Below, piece by piece: positions 18,047-27,783 of a stretch of 64,000 nucleotides of DNA (position 1 is the first letter of the stretch; each line of letters starts with the position of its first letter). The DNA is from a bacterium (lineage in GTDB: Bacteria; JAAXHH01), in assembly GCA_965117045.1 (NCBI GenBank), contig OZ220749.1, forward strand, positions 1,156,812 to 1,220,811, written 5' to 3'. Under the pieces are notes generated by a model, which saw nothing but the letters and a program-made list of their open reading frames with translations, had not been told where the DNA came from and made no database searches. A program made the position numbers and the translations under genes.

Positions 18047-19723
18047 TCAGGCCGCGACCGCTCGATTCCCCCCATTACGGTACAGCGCTTGCCCCATGGC
18101 ACCCAGGCCGATGATGACCAGCAGCAGATTGATGACCCAGCCCACATAGGGAAGGCTGACGGCGATCAGGACCAGCACCAGGCCGGCGAGCAGGGGCAGC
18201 AGCAGGGAACGGACGCCCTGCGGTTCCGGCCGCAGCAGCGCGTTGCCCAGGAAGTGGGCCACGACAATCTTGGACACGTACAGGCTCAACGCCCATATGG
18301 CGCCAATGACCAGGCCGGCGGGCAGTCCGATGAGTGTAATGGCGAGTACGACCGCCAGGACCGGCGTGGCCGTGACCAGCACGAACCCGAATCCTGCGGA
18401 CAGTAGTATACCGTTCAGATTGTCCAGCGGCACGCGCCGGAGCGCGGGAAGCGCCCAGAGCAGCAGCAGGCCCGACAGGAACGCCGTGACCAGCCACAGG
18501 GCCGTCCACGCGATGGACCAGGCGGACAGCAGCCCGTCCCCGTCCTCTTCCTGGCCCGGTTCGGGCACTTCCACGATGGTTTCACCGCCCAGGGTCGAGG
18601 CGGCATCCACCTCCAGGTTCTCCTCGTCGGGCAGTCCCACGTCGAGATTCCCACCGATGGCGGCGGAAGACTGAATCGTGGCGAGGCGGCCACGGAAGGT
18701 AACGTCCCGCTTCACCTCGCCCGATATCGTCAGCGTACTGCCGAACACCGTGGCGTTTCGGCCGACCGAACCGCCTACGCTGATGTTCTCTCCGAACGCG
18801 AAGAGGTCTCCCTCGATCGTTGCGTCAGGGCTGGACCGAAGCGACTGCGCGAATCCGTAGACGCTCTGACCGATCGAATTTCCTATGCGGATGACCTGGC
18901 CGAATCCGGCGAATCCGCCGCCCGCTCGGCCATCTACCTCGATGGTCCTGCCGAATGAGTAGATGTCCCCCAGGACCGCTCCATTGATTTCGATCGACTG
19001 GGCGAAGGCAATCAGGTCTCCCGTCACTTCGCCGTCGATCCTGACCGTGCGGCCGGACGCGATGAGAGTGTCGTCGATGATCTCTCCGCTATCGACCGAG
19101 ACGCTTTCACCGGACCGCATTTCGATGGCTTCCGCGGGAGAAACGTATCCCAGAATCAGCAGCAGCCCTCCGAGCACGACCAGCGTGCCGACCGGCCTTC
19201 GCAACAGCAGATACAGCGAAGCCAGCAGCATGATGAACCCTACGGCCAGGCCTACATTGCTTATCAGCGTAACCATGGTCGTACCTCCATTCTGGTAGTA
19301 TTCGATGAAATAAGCACCGGTACTGAACAGCATGGACAGCTGTCCGGAAACATTCAGTGGATTCAGCCACTCAATGCTCCATGGAAGTTCCAGTCCCATC
19401 ACCCAGCCGATTCCCACCCGCATCAGTGCCGCGAGTCCGATGACCAGTCCCAGCAGCTTCATGATGTGGATGGGCGAAGGCGCGGAGACCGTGGCCGGTT
19501 GCGTTTCAGCCAGAAAGGCCTCCGCATTTCCCATGACCTCGAAGAGGGCGTCTCTTTCCCTGCGGAATGCATGAACGAGGCCCTGGCACCGGGGACAGTT
19601 TTCCAGGTGAGCGGTGAACGCGCGTGCTTCGGAACCGGCCAACTCGCCATCGGCATAAGTCGAGCAGACGATTTCGGGTGGACACGCGTCCTGATGCAAC
19701 GGTTCATTGGTCATGGTCGGCAT
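18047..19723 (-). CDS. anti-sigma factor with zf-HC2 N-terminus, multiple TM segments and a bactofilin-like (polymer-forming) repeat domain
   Basis: The N-terminus has C..H...CPRC (zf-HC2, ChrR/RsrA-like). The middle has about 10 aa-periodic beta-repeat units (GEVTGDLIAFAQSIEINGAVLGDIYSFGRTIEVDG...) typical of bactofilin/CcmA. Both N- and C-terminal regions are hydrophobic and multi-TM. Its start overlaps the stop of the sigma factor gene. Confidence 0.7.
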   Translation of the reverse strand: MPTMTNEPLHQDACPPEIVCSTYADGELAGSEARAFTAHLENCPRCQGLVHAFRRERDALFEVMGNAEAFLAETQPATVSAPSPIHIMKLLGLVIGLAALMRVGIGWVMGLELPWSIEWLNPLNVSGQLSMLFSTGAYFIEYYQNGGTTMVTLISNVGLAVGFIMLLASLYLLLRRPVGTLVVLGGLLLILGYVSPAEAIEMRSGESVSVDSGEIIDDTLIASGRTVRIDGEVTGDLIAFAQSIEINGAVLGDIYSFGRTIEVDGRAGGGFAGFGQVIRIGNSIGQSVYGFAQSLRSSPDATIEGDLFAFGENISVGGSVGRNATVFGSTLTISGEVKRDVTFRGRLATIQSSAAIGGNLDVGLPDEENLEVDAASTLGGETIVEVPEPGQEEDGDGLLSAWSIAWTALWLVTAFLSGLLLLWALPALRRVPLDNLNGILLSAGFGFVLVTATPVLAVVLAITLIGLPAGLVIGAIWALSLYVSKIVVAHFLGNALLRPEPQGVRSLLLPLLAGLVLVLIAVSLPYVGWVINLLLVIIGLGAMGQALYRNGGNRAVAA

Positions 19724-20289
19724 AATCCGGTCAACTCCTCTCGCAATCGTCTTCTGGACCGGTAAATCAGCGTCGCCACCGTGTTCCGGTTCAGATTGAG
19801 CGCATGGCCGATTTCGTCGTAGGTGAACTCGTTGTAGTAGGCCAGTACGAGCGGCACGCGGTACCGGTCCGGGAGCGACTGTATCGCCGATCGTACCCGG
19901 TCCCCCTTTTCCGCCCGCACCATGATCTCCAGCGTATCCTCGGAAACCTTTGACAGGCCGACCTGTTCGGGATCGGCGGATTCATAGAAATTCACCTCGC
20001 GGTTTCGGCGCCGCAACCGGTCGAGACAGTGGTTGGTCGCGGTCTTGAGCAGCCAGTTCAAGGGCGACTTCGATGCATCCATGGTGGACCGGTTCCGGTA
20101 TGCCCGGAGAAAGACCTCCTGGGTCGCGTCCTCGGCTTCATGCACGGACTTGAGTAGATACCTGCAAAGCGCGAGAATCCGCCGGTAATGCGTCCGGTAC
20201 GTCTCGTCGAACTCGAAACCCGTTGCGCTTTCGCCACTCTCGGTCGTGTTCACAACCCTACTACGAATGGCGGAACGAGATAGTTTCAT
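19711..20289 (-). CDS. RNA polymerase ECF-type sigma-70 factor
   Basis: Region 2 (YRRILALCRYLL..EAEDATQEVFLRAY) and region 4 (VLAYYNEFTYDEIGHALNLNRNTVATLIYRSRRRLRE) are both present. Confidence 0.85.
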   Translation of the reverse strand: MKLSRSAIRSRVVNTTESGESATGFEFDETYRTHYRRILALCRYLLKSVHEAEDATQEVFLRAYRNRSTMDASKSPLNWLLKTATNHCLDRLRRRNREVNFYESADPEQVGLSKVSEDTLEIMVRAEKGDRVRSAIQSLPDRYRVPLVLAYYNEFTYDEIGHALNLNRNTVATLIYRSRRRLREELTGLCRP

Positions 20290-20426
20290 TTCCTGTTCCT
20301 CGAACGAGGCGCTAGGCGCGCCATGATCCGCGAAACGGTGGATCTCAATTGAGATGAGTCGTGTTGACGGCCGGGTCTAGTCGTGTTGACGGCCGGGGCG
20401 TGCCGAAGGACTGCGTGAGGTGCTTG

Positions 20427-23396
20427 CTAATCACTCGATGGCACGGGCTTCACCGCCACCGCGCAGAACTTGAACTCGGGGATTTTGCCGTCGGGGTCCA
20501 GGGCATCGTTGGTCAGGATGTTGGCCGCGGCTTCCTTGAAGTGGAAGGGGATGAAGACGTTGCCGTCGGCGACGCGGCCGGAAGTCTTTGCTTTCAGCGT
20601 TATGGCACCCCGGCGCGAGGATACGGCCACCGGGTCGCCGTCATCGACGCCCAGGCGTTCCAGGTCCCCGGGCGTCATTTCGACGAAGGGCTCCGGCGAA
20701 ATGGCGTCGAGGGCCCGGGCGCGGCGCGTCATGGTGCCCGTGTGCCAGTGCTCCAGGACGCGTCCGGTGTTCAGTACGAAAGGGTATGCTTCGTCCGGCA
20801 GTTCGTCCGGCGGGGCGAAGGAGACGGGCGTGAACCGGCCCCGGCCCAGGGGAAAGGAGCCGGTGAACAGCACGGGTTCTTCCAGGGGCCAGACCACGGT
20901 TTCCCGTTCCATCGCCTCGTAGGTGATGCCATGGAACATCGGGGTCAGCGCGACGATTTCCTCCCAGACCGATTCCGGTCCGTCGTAGGCCCAGCTCGGG
21001 CCGTTTTCCCCCTGTTCCATGCGGATCATCCGGTTGGCCAGGTCGATCAGGATGTCCCCGTCCAGGCGGGCCTCTCCGGGCGGTTCGATCGCCTGCCTGC
21101 CGATCTGCACCATGCGGTTCGTGTTGATGTAAGTGCCGCGCTTCTCCGCCGCGGTGGAGGCGGGCAGGATCACGTCGGCGAACTCCGCGGTCTCCGTCAG
21201 GAAGACGTCCTGCACGACGAGGAAGGAGAGCCGCTGCAGGGCTTTTCTGACCTTGTTCATGTTCGGGTCCGAAAGGAAGGGATTCTCGCCCATCATGAGC
21301 ATGCCCGCGATGCTTCCGTCCAGGGCGCCGTGCATGATCTCCACGACCGTAAGGCCGGCGTTGGGATCTAGCGCGGTACTCCATGCCTGCTCGAAACGCT
21401 TTCTCACCTCCGGTTTGTCCGCGTCCTGGTAGCCCGGATAGAACTGTGGAATCAGCCCCACGTCGGATGCGCCCTGCACGTTATTCTGGCCCCGCAGCGG
21501 GTGCAGACCCGTACCCCGTCGGCCGATGTTGCCCGTCATGAGGCAGAGGGAGATCAGCGCCCTCGCGTTATCCGTGCCGTTGACGTGCTGGCTGATGCCC
21601 ATGCCCCAGAAGATCATCGCACGCTCCGCGCGGCCGTACTCCAGGGCGACTTCCTCGATCACCGAAGGCGGCACGCCCGTTATCCGGGATGCCATTTCGG
21701 GCGTATAGCTTGCCAGGGAGGGTGCCAGGGAATCGAAGCGTTCGGTCCGGCGCGCGATGAAGTCCCGGTCCTGCAGGCCCTCCCGCAGGATCACGTGCAT
21801 CAGCCCGTTCAGCAGCGCGATGTCCGTGCCGGGCTTGAACCGCACGTACCGGGTCGCGTGGTCGGCGATGGTCGGCCGCCGGGGATCGAGCACGATCATC
21901 TTCGCGCCGCGGTCGACGGCCTGTTTCATGTAGGAAGCGGCCACCGGATGGTTGTCTTCCGTGTTGGAACCGATCACGAAGATGACATCGGTTTCAAGGA
22001 CTTCCTGGAAGGCGTTGGAGACCGCCCCGCTGCCGATCGCCTCGGTGAGGGCCGCCACGGACGAGGCGTGACAGAGGCGCGTGCAGTGGTCGACGTTGTT
22101 GGTACCGAAGACCACGCGAATCAACTTTTGGAAAAGGTAGGCCTCTTCATTGGTCACCTTGGCCGAGCCGAAACCCGCCAGCGCGCCCGGTCCAAGCGTG
22201 TTCTTGATCTCCAGCAGCCGGCGCGCCGCCAGGTCCAGCGCCTCGTCCCATTCGGCCTCGCGGAACACCTCCCGTATGCGGTCGTTCCACTCCGGCGACC
22301 GGAGCGAGCGGCGGAAGTCCCGGTAGTCCTCGAAGTCCGCCGACAGCGGCCGTTTCGGATAGGCGTCTTCCCGGCGGACGAGGGGCTTCGTGAGCCGCTG
22401 GGGATGGTGCGTGTAGTCGTAACCGTAACGGCCCTTGACGCACAGCCGGCCCTCGGTGTGGGTGTCGTCCCGGCCGGTGACACCCTCGATACGGCCGTTG
22501 CGCACGTGGTACGAGATCCCGCAGCCCACACCGCAATAGGGGCAGATGGAATCGACCCGACGGGTACCGGGGCCATCAAGCGCGGCGTCGGGATCGGTTT
22601 CTTCGGTGCCGTTCGCCGCGGAATCGGGGCCGCTCACCGCCGCGTCGGACCCGTTCTCCGCAGCATCGACCAGCCGCTTGTCGGTGAGGGCGCCGGTGGG
22701 ACAGGTGGCGACGCATTCACCGCAGGATACGCAGGAAGATCCGCCCAGGGGCAGGCCGTTGTCGAAGGCGATACCCGTTTCACAGCCCTTGCCCGTTCGG
22801 CCGATGACGTCGTTCACCTGCACGTCGTCGCATGCGCGGATACACCGGTCGCACAGAATGCACGCGTTCAGGTCCACCGCGATGACGGGCGAGGACAGAT
22901 CGGGCGGCTTCGTCGGGTTCGAGCATGTGGCGGCGAACCGCGAGGGATCGGACCGCAGCTGCCTGCCCAGACGCCAGAGTTCGTCCTGCTCGGCGGGCTT
23001 GCGCCGGCCCGTCTGGCCCGCCTGGCCAGCCTGGTCGGCCTGGTCGGCCTGGTTGACCCGCCCCTCCCGGTCCGCCTGGTCGGCCTCTTCGTCCGCGTGC
23101 GGCTGCCCGGCCTCCAGCAGTTCCACGAGGGTACGGCGCGCCCTGCGCACCCGGTCCGTGTCCGTGCGCACGGCCATGCCTTCTTCGACCTTTCGGATAC
23201 AGGCCGCCGGCAATGTGCGGGCGTTCTCCACGTCGACCACGCAGACGCGGCACACGGCGACCGGTTCCAGTTTGGGATCGTGGCACAGGGTGGGGATGTC
23301 GATACCGGCGGAGCGCGCCGCTTCCCAGATCGTGGCGCCGGCCGGCGCGGCGAGGCTTCTGCCGTCGATCGACAGCGTGATGGTGCGGTTATTCAT
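20427..23396 (-). CDS. fdhA: NAD-dependent formate dehydrogenase alpha subunit (molybdopterin, Cys-type) with N-terminal 2Fe-2S/4Fe-4S ferredoxin domains
   Basis: It starts MNNRTITLSIDGRSL...LCHDPKL...CRVCVV (NuoG/FdsA-like) and continues into molybdopterin oxidoreductase domains to the C-terminus. The active-site region reads RLCHASSV, so Cys rather than Sec, with no in-frame TGA. It contains an (A/V)(D/G)Q low-complexity insert. The track ORF extends to 23573, but the homology-supported start is 23396. Confidence 0.85.
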   Translation of the reverse strand: MNNRTITLSIDGRSLAAPAGATIWEAARSAGIDIPTLCHDPKLEPVAVCRVCVVDVENARTLPAACIRKVEEGMAVRTDTDRVRRARRTLVELLEAGQPHADEEADQADREGRVNQADQADQAGQAGQTGRRKPAEQDELWRLGRQLRSDPSRFAATCSNPTKPPDLSSPVIAVDLNACILCDRCIRACDDVQVNDVIGRTGKGCETGIAFDNGLPLGGSSCVSCGECVATCPTGALTDKRLVDAAENGSDAAVSGPDSAANGTEETDPDAALDGPGTRRVDSICPYCGVGCGISYHVRNGRIEGVTGRDDTHTEGRLCVKGRYGYDYTHHPQRLTKPLVRREDAYPKRPLSADFEDYRDFRRSLRSPEWNDRIREVFREAEWDEALDLAARRLLEIKNTLGPGALAGFGSAKVTNEEAYLFQKLIRVVFGTNNVDHCTRLCHASSVAALTEAIGSGAVSNAFQEVLETDVIFVIGSNTEDNHPVAASYMKQAVDRGAKMIVLDPRRPTIADHATRYVRFKPGTDIALLNGLMHVILREGLQDRDFIARRTERFDSLAPSLASYTPEMASRITGVPPSVIEEVALEYGRAERAMIFWGMGISQHVNGTDNARALISLCLMTGNIGRRGTGLHPLRGQNNVQGASDVGLIPQFYPGYQDADKPEVRKRFEQAWSTALDPNAGLTVVEIMHGALDGSIAGMLMMGENPFLSDPNMNKVRKALQRLSFLVVQDVFLTETAEFADVILPASTAAEKRGTYINTNRMVQIGRQAIEPPGEARLDGDILIDLANRMIRMEQGENGPSWAYDGPESVWEEIVALTPMFHGITYEAMERETVVWPLEEPVLFTGSFPLGRGRFTPVSFAPPDELPDEAYPFVLNTGRVLEHWHTGTMTRRARALDAISPEPFVEMTPGDLERLGVDDGDPVAVSSRRGAITLKAKTSGRVADGNVFIPFHFKEAAANILTNDALDPDGKIPEFKFCAVAVKPVPSSD

Positions 23397-25062
23397 CCGG
23401 ACCGCCCCCCGAGTTCTCCGCTTGGTGTTCCGGTTGACAACCGCGCGATGCGAAGGCGGAGGGAAAATGCCGGAGCACCGAGGTAAGGGGGAGCGCGGCG
23501 GCCTGGCCCAGGCCGCAGATCGAGGTGAGTTCCATCGCCTCGGCGATGTCCGCCACGGGTTCAAGCGCGTCATGCCGGGCGTCTCCCTCCAGGATCGTGT
23601 CCAGCAACCAGACCAGGTGCTCCGTGCCCGTACGGCAGGGCACGCACTTGCCGCAGGACTCGTTGCGGAAGAACGTCACCGCGTTCCGGGCCAGATCCAC
23701 CATGTCCGATCCTTCAGCCAGTACGATGACCGCCCCGGAACCCAGCATGGATCCGGCATCGGCGAGCGGCTTGAAATCGAGGGGGATATCCGCCATGGAC
23801 GCCGGAAGGAAGCCCGATGACGTGCCCCCGGGGGAGAAGGCCAGGAGTTCGCGTCCGCCGGCAACGCCGCCCCCGTAGTCCCGGATGAGGTCGCAGACCC
23901 TGGTTCCGAGCGGAATCTCGTACACGCCGGGCTGGTTGACGTGGCCGCTCAGTGCGATGTACTTGCGTCCTGCCGCGCCGTTTATCCCCTGGGACCGGAA
24001 CCAGTCGGCGCCGCGCCGCAGAATGGCGGGCACCCACGCGAAGGTTTCGACGTTGTTGATCAGGGTGGGCCGCCCGTGAAGCCCGTGTGTGCCCGGAAAC
24101 GGCGGCTTGTTGCGGGGTTCGGCCCTCTTCCCTTCCATCGCTTCGAGCAGGGCCGTTTCCTCACCGCAGATGTATCCCCCCGGACTGTCGAAAATCTCCA
24201 GGTGAAACGAGTGCGCCGAATCCAGCACGCCGTCGCCCAGGAAACCGGCCGAATAGAACGCCTTGATCGTCCGCTCGAGCACTTCGCGCTCCCGGTCGTA
24301 TTCGTGGCGCAGGAACAGGAATCCCCTGCCGGCCCCGACGGCGAGACCGCCCAGGATCAGGCCCTCGACGACGAGATGGGGGTAATGGTAGAGGATCTCG
24401 CGGTCCTTGAACGTGCCCGGTTCGCTCTCATCCGCGTTGCAGATCACGTACTTGACACCGGGCTCCGTCTTTCGTACGAGGTCCCACTTGACGCCGGTCG
24501 GGAACCCGGCCCCGCCCATTCCGCGCAACCCACTGTCCTTGATGGCCTGCACGAGCCCTTCCGCGTCACCGCGCGTAACCCACTGCTTCAGGGATTCTGC
24601 GGCCAGGGGGTGATCGTAAGGATCGATGCATCCCGGATGGATCGCTCGCCGGACGGGCTGACGGGCGATTTTTCCGTCGGCGGCCAGTCGGGAAACGTAC
24701 CGGCCGAGCCGATCCCCGGTCATGGACCGGTAGCTGCGACCGTTGATAGAGACCGCCGGGGCGCCGTCGCACTGTCCGAGACAGGAAACCCCGGAGACCT
24801 CCCACTGGTCCAGGCCGGCGTAGCGCACGGATTCGCGAAGGGTCTCCAGCACGTCGCAGGCCCCCTGGAGATGGCACGAGAGATCGGTACAGACCCGCAG
24901 GGCAGCCGCGGGTGGCGGTTCCAGCCTGAAGTGCGAATAGAAGCTGGCCACGCCATGGATTTCGTATAGCGGAATGCCCTTGCGTTCCGACAGGGATTTC
25001 AGTTCCGCTTCCGGCAGAAAGCCGTGGCACGCCTGTATCTCTCTTAGATCATCGATCAGCAT
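23389..25062 (-). CDS. formate dehydrogenase beta subunit, NuoE-NuoF fusion (2Fe-2S thioredoxin-like + FMN/NADH-binding 51-kDa-like)
   Basis: The N-terminus is NuoE-like (CTDLSCHLQGA...CLGQCDGAP). The C-terminus is NuoF-like (GAGFPTG, ADESEPGTFKDR, the 4Fe-4S motif ESCGKCVPCR). It overlaps the fdhA start by 8 nt. Confidence 0.85.
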   Translation of the reverse strand: MLIDDLREIQACHGFLPEAELKSLSERKGIPLYEIHGVASFYSHFRLEPPPAAALRVCTDLSCHLQGACDVLETLRESVRYAGLDQWEVSGVSCLGQCDGAPAVSINGRSYRSMTGDRLGRYVSRLAADGKIARQPVRRAIHPGCIDPYDHPLAAESLKQWVTRGDAEGLVQAIKDSGLRGMGGAGFPTGVKWDLVRKTEPGVKYVICNADESEPGTFKDREILYHYPHLVVEGLILGGLAVGAGRGFLFLRHEYDREREVLERTIKAFYSAGFLGDGVLDSAHSFHLEIFDSPGGYICGEETALLEAMEGKRAEPRNKPPFPGTHGLHGRPTLINNVETFAWVPAILRRGADWFRSQGINGAAGRKYIALSGHVNQPGVYEIPLGTRVCDLIRDYGGGVAGGRELLAFSPGGTSSGFLPASMADIPLDFKPLADAGSMLGSGAVIVLAEGSDMVDLARNAVTFFRNESCGKCVPCRTGTEHLVWLLDTILEGDARHDALEPVADIAEAMELTSICGLGQAAALPLTSVLRHFPSAFASRGCQPEHQAENSGGGPDE

Positions 25063-25086
25063 GTACCGGATCCGGAATAGAAGCAG

Positions 25087-25854
25087 TTACTCGGTGAGAT
25101 GGTGTATCGAGGTTTTCCAATGCGGGCCGTCGATATCGACGATGCGGAAAGCCGCGGGCTCGTCCGTCGCGATGACACGGGTGCCGTCCGGCCTGATCAC
25201 GGGGTCCTTTCGAAACTGCAAGCCCACGCTCGGCGCCGTCAGGACCGTCGCGTGGCCCAGGTCCATGCGGAAGTCGTGATGCACGTGGCCGCACAGGATC
25301 AGGCGCAACGAGGCCGCGGCCCCGCAAATCCGAAGAAACCGCGCGTTGTCCATCAGAATCAGTTCATCCATCCAGGCGACGCCGACCGGTACCGGCGGGT
25401 GGTGCATGCAGATGACCGAAGGCAGGCCGGAGGGAAGCTCCTGCTCCAACCAGTCCAGCTGGTCGTCTTCCAACCTGCCCGAAACCTCTCCCTCGTCCTG
25501 GGTGTCGAGCACGATAATCCGGTGGCCCGACCGGTCCAGGGCATAGTAATAGGGGGCCGAATCCGCACCGGAATCCTCCAGTATGACCCGGCGAAAGACC
25601 GGCCTGTAATCGTGATTGCCCATGGCCATATGACAGGGAAAACGCAGGCGGGTCAGGACGTCCTTGACGGCCCGGTACGATGCTTCGGATCCATCGTTGC
25701 TCTGATCTCCCGTCATCACGACGAGATCCGGAGCGGGGCTCAACCGGTTGACGGCGTTTACGGCAGCCCGCAGTCGTTCCAGGGTATCCTGGCCGTGTAC
25801 GGGTTGATTTGCAGGCGGAACGATATGAGGGTCGGAAAGTTGCACGATGCGCAT
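25087..25854 (-). CDS. metallophosphoesterase (calcineurin-like, CpdA-type)
   Basis: MRIVQLSDPH...VVMTGDQSNDG...GNHD are the canonical MPE motifs. Confidence 0.8.
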   Translation of the reverse strand: MRIVQLSDPHIVPPANQPVHGQDTLERLRAAVNAVNRLSPAPDLVVMTGDQSNDGSEASYRAVKDVLTRLRFPCHMAMGNHDYRPVFRRVILEDSGADSAPYYYALDRSGHRIIVLDTQDEGEVSGRLEDDQLDWLEQELPSGLPSVICMHHPPVPVGVAWMDELILMDNARFLRICGAAASLRLILCGHVHHDFRMDLGHATVLTAPSVGLQFRKDPVIRPDGTRVIATDEPAAFRIVDIDGPHWKTSIHHLTE

Positions 25855-25857
25855 GGG

Positions 25858-27399
25858 TTAGCTTTTCCAGTCCTTTACCAGTTGCAGCAGCAGTCGCACG
25901 CCCACGCCCGTGGCGCCTTTCGGGCAATATGGGCCGCTCGCATCCGTATACGCGGTCCCCGCGATGTCCAGATGTACCCAGGGACGTTCTACGAACTTCG
26001 CCAGGAACGCGCCGGCAGTCAGCGCGCCCGCCCAACGTCCTCCGGTGTTCTTTACGTCGGCGACATGGCTCTTGATCTGGTCGTGGTAGTCCTGCCACAG
26101 CGGAAGCGGCCATACCCGCTCTCCCGCGGCCTCTCCGGCCGACCGGACCCGGTCCTGCAACCCGTCGTCGTTGCCCATCATCCCCGTTGCGGCATAGCCG
26201 AGGGCGACCACGCAAGCCCCCGTCAACGTGGCCAGATCGATCACCGCGGCCGGGCTGTACCGTTCCGCGTATTCCAGGGCGTCGGCGAGTACGAGGCGCC
26301 CTTCGGCGTCGGTATTGATCACTTCGATCGTCTTGCCCGAACGGGTCGCGATGATGTCGCCGGGTTTCAGCGCCCTGCCGTCCGGAAGGTTCTCGGTGGC
26401 CGGAACGAGTCCCACCACGTGCAGGGAAGGCTTCGACATGGCAATGGATTGCATCGCGCCGATCACGGCGGCCGCACCGGACATGTCGTGCTTCATTTCC
26501 TCCATGCCGCCGCTGGACTTGATGGATATGCCACCGCTGTCGAAGGTGATGCCCTTGCCGATGAACACCAGCGTATCCACCCCGTCGGACGCTTCACCGT
26601 GTTCCAGCACGATGAAGCGAGGCGGCTCCTCACTGCCGGCATTGACGGCGAGCAGGGCGCCCATGCGCTCTTTTTCGATGACTTTACGCTTCAGTACACG
26701 GCACTTCAGACCGGTTTGTCCGGCCATTTTCCGGGCGGCGGCGGCCAGCTTGCGCGGCGTCATCGCATTGCCGGGTGCATTGGAAAGGTCCCGCGCAAAG
26801 ATCGTGCCCTCGGCGGTTATTCGGCCCGCTTCGATCCCGTCCCTGATTTCGTAGGCCTGCGCCCGTTGCGGCGTCACGACGGCCACCGACTCGAGCCCGG
26901 ATCGATCCGTATCGCCGGTCTTGAAGTCTTCGTACCGGTATGCGCCCAGCAACAGGCCTTCCACCGTGGCCTGTGCGCAGTCACTGAGCGCCAATCCCGG
27001 CGTGCCCGGGTTGTCCTGAGCGCCCGTCGCGTCCGGTCCGCCTGGTCCGCCTGGTCCGTGCACGGCGATGGTCAGTTCGGATACCCCGAGCTTCAGCGCC
27101 CGCCTGACGGCGATGCCGGATGCGCGCCGTGCCGTTTCCAGGGAGAATTCGCCGCGCGATCCGAGTCCCACGAGGATAACACGGCCCGGCGGCGCCTGGC
27201 CGAGCGGATACAGCACAGCGACTTCCCGGTCTTCGCCCTTGAAATCACCCAGGTCCAGCACGTCCCGGAGATACCGGTGCAAGGCGGATTCCATGACCGC
27301 GATGCCGTTCCCCTCGAGCCGTTCCTCCTTGAACAGCCCGATGACCACAGTGGTGTCGACTTCCGATCCGATTCGTCCGATTTTAACGTCTATTTGCAT
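25858..27399 (-). CDS. pepA: leucyl aminopeptidase (M17)
   Basis: NTDAEGRLVLADAL is the M17 signature. The 513-aa product contains a GPGGPGGPD low-complexity insert. Confidence 0.85.
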   Translation of the reverse strand: MQIDVKIGRIGSEVDTTVVIGLFKEERLEGNGIAVMESALHRYLRDVLDLGDFKGEDREVAVLYPLGQAPPGRVILVGLGSRGEFSLETARRASGIAVRRALKLGVSELTIAVHGPGGPGGPDATGAQDNPGTPGLALSDCAQATVEGLLLGAYRYEDFKTGDTDRSGLESVAVVTPQRAQAYEIRDGIEAGRITAEGTIFARDLSNAPGNAMTPRKLAAAARKMAGQTGLKCRVLKRKVIEKERMGALLAVNAGSEEPPRFIVLEHGEASDGVDTLVFIGKGITFDSGGISIKSSGGMEEMKHDMSGAAAVIGAMQSIAMSKPSLHVVGLVPATENLPDGRALKPGDIIATRSGKTIEVINTDAEGRLVLADALEYAERYSPAAVIDLATLTGACVVALGYAATGMMGNDDGLQDRVRSAGEAAGERVWPLPLWQDYHDQIKSHVADVKNTGGRWAGALTAGAFLAKFVERPWVHLDIAGTAYTDASGPYCPKGATGVGVRLLLQLVKDWKS

Positions 27400-27496
27400 G
27401 CGCTATTGTCCGTATCGGGGCGGTCCGCGGTTCCGTGCCGCATGTCCTGATTCCGGCCCGAATGCACTGGCGTCCAGCGAAGGGATTTAGTTTGAA

Positions 27497-27721
27497 TTAA
27501 TGATGGCATCCGCAGGCTGGTCCGCATGACGCGGAGGGAACGGGTGCCGGGGTTGCCTTGGTATCTGTAGCCGATACCGCCGTAGCGAAAGTAGAGAACT
27601 TCTTGACCACGTCCTCTTCTGAGCACGTGGGACAAGAAACGCTTTCCGATGCGGCCGCGTTCATTACGAGCATTTCGAAATCCAATTCACAATGGGTGCA
27701 GTGGTATTCAAAGACAGGCAT
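27497..27721 (-). CDS. FmdB-family zinc-ribbon putative regulatory protein
   Basis: MPVFEYHCTHCELDFE...CPTCS is the FmdB CxxC...CxxC pattern in a 74-aa product. Confidence 0.7.
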   Translation of the reverse strand: MPVFEYHCTHCELDFEMLVMNAAASESVSCPTCSEEDVVKKFSTFATAVSATDTKATPAPVPSASCGPACGCHH

Positions 27722-27783
27722 GGCGGGTTACTCTCCTGTTGGGGTTGCGGCGCCGGACCGACGCCCGTTCGCCGTTGAGCCGG

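Noticed and set aside
20427-23573. Possible selenocysteine (in-frame TGA) in the formate dehydrogenase alpha subunit, and its N-terminal extension to 23573.
   Set aside because: The ORF is uninterrupted and the Mo-ligand position reads Cys (RLCHASSV), so no Sec is needed. The 59-aa N-terminal extension is RPS-rich, lacks homology and overlaps the beta-subunit gene. The conserved start MNNRTITL at 23396 was used instead.
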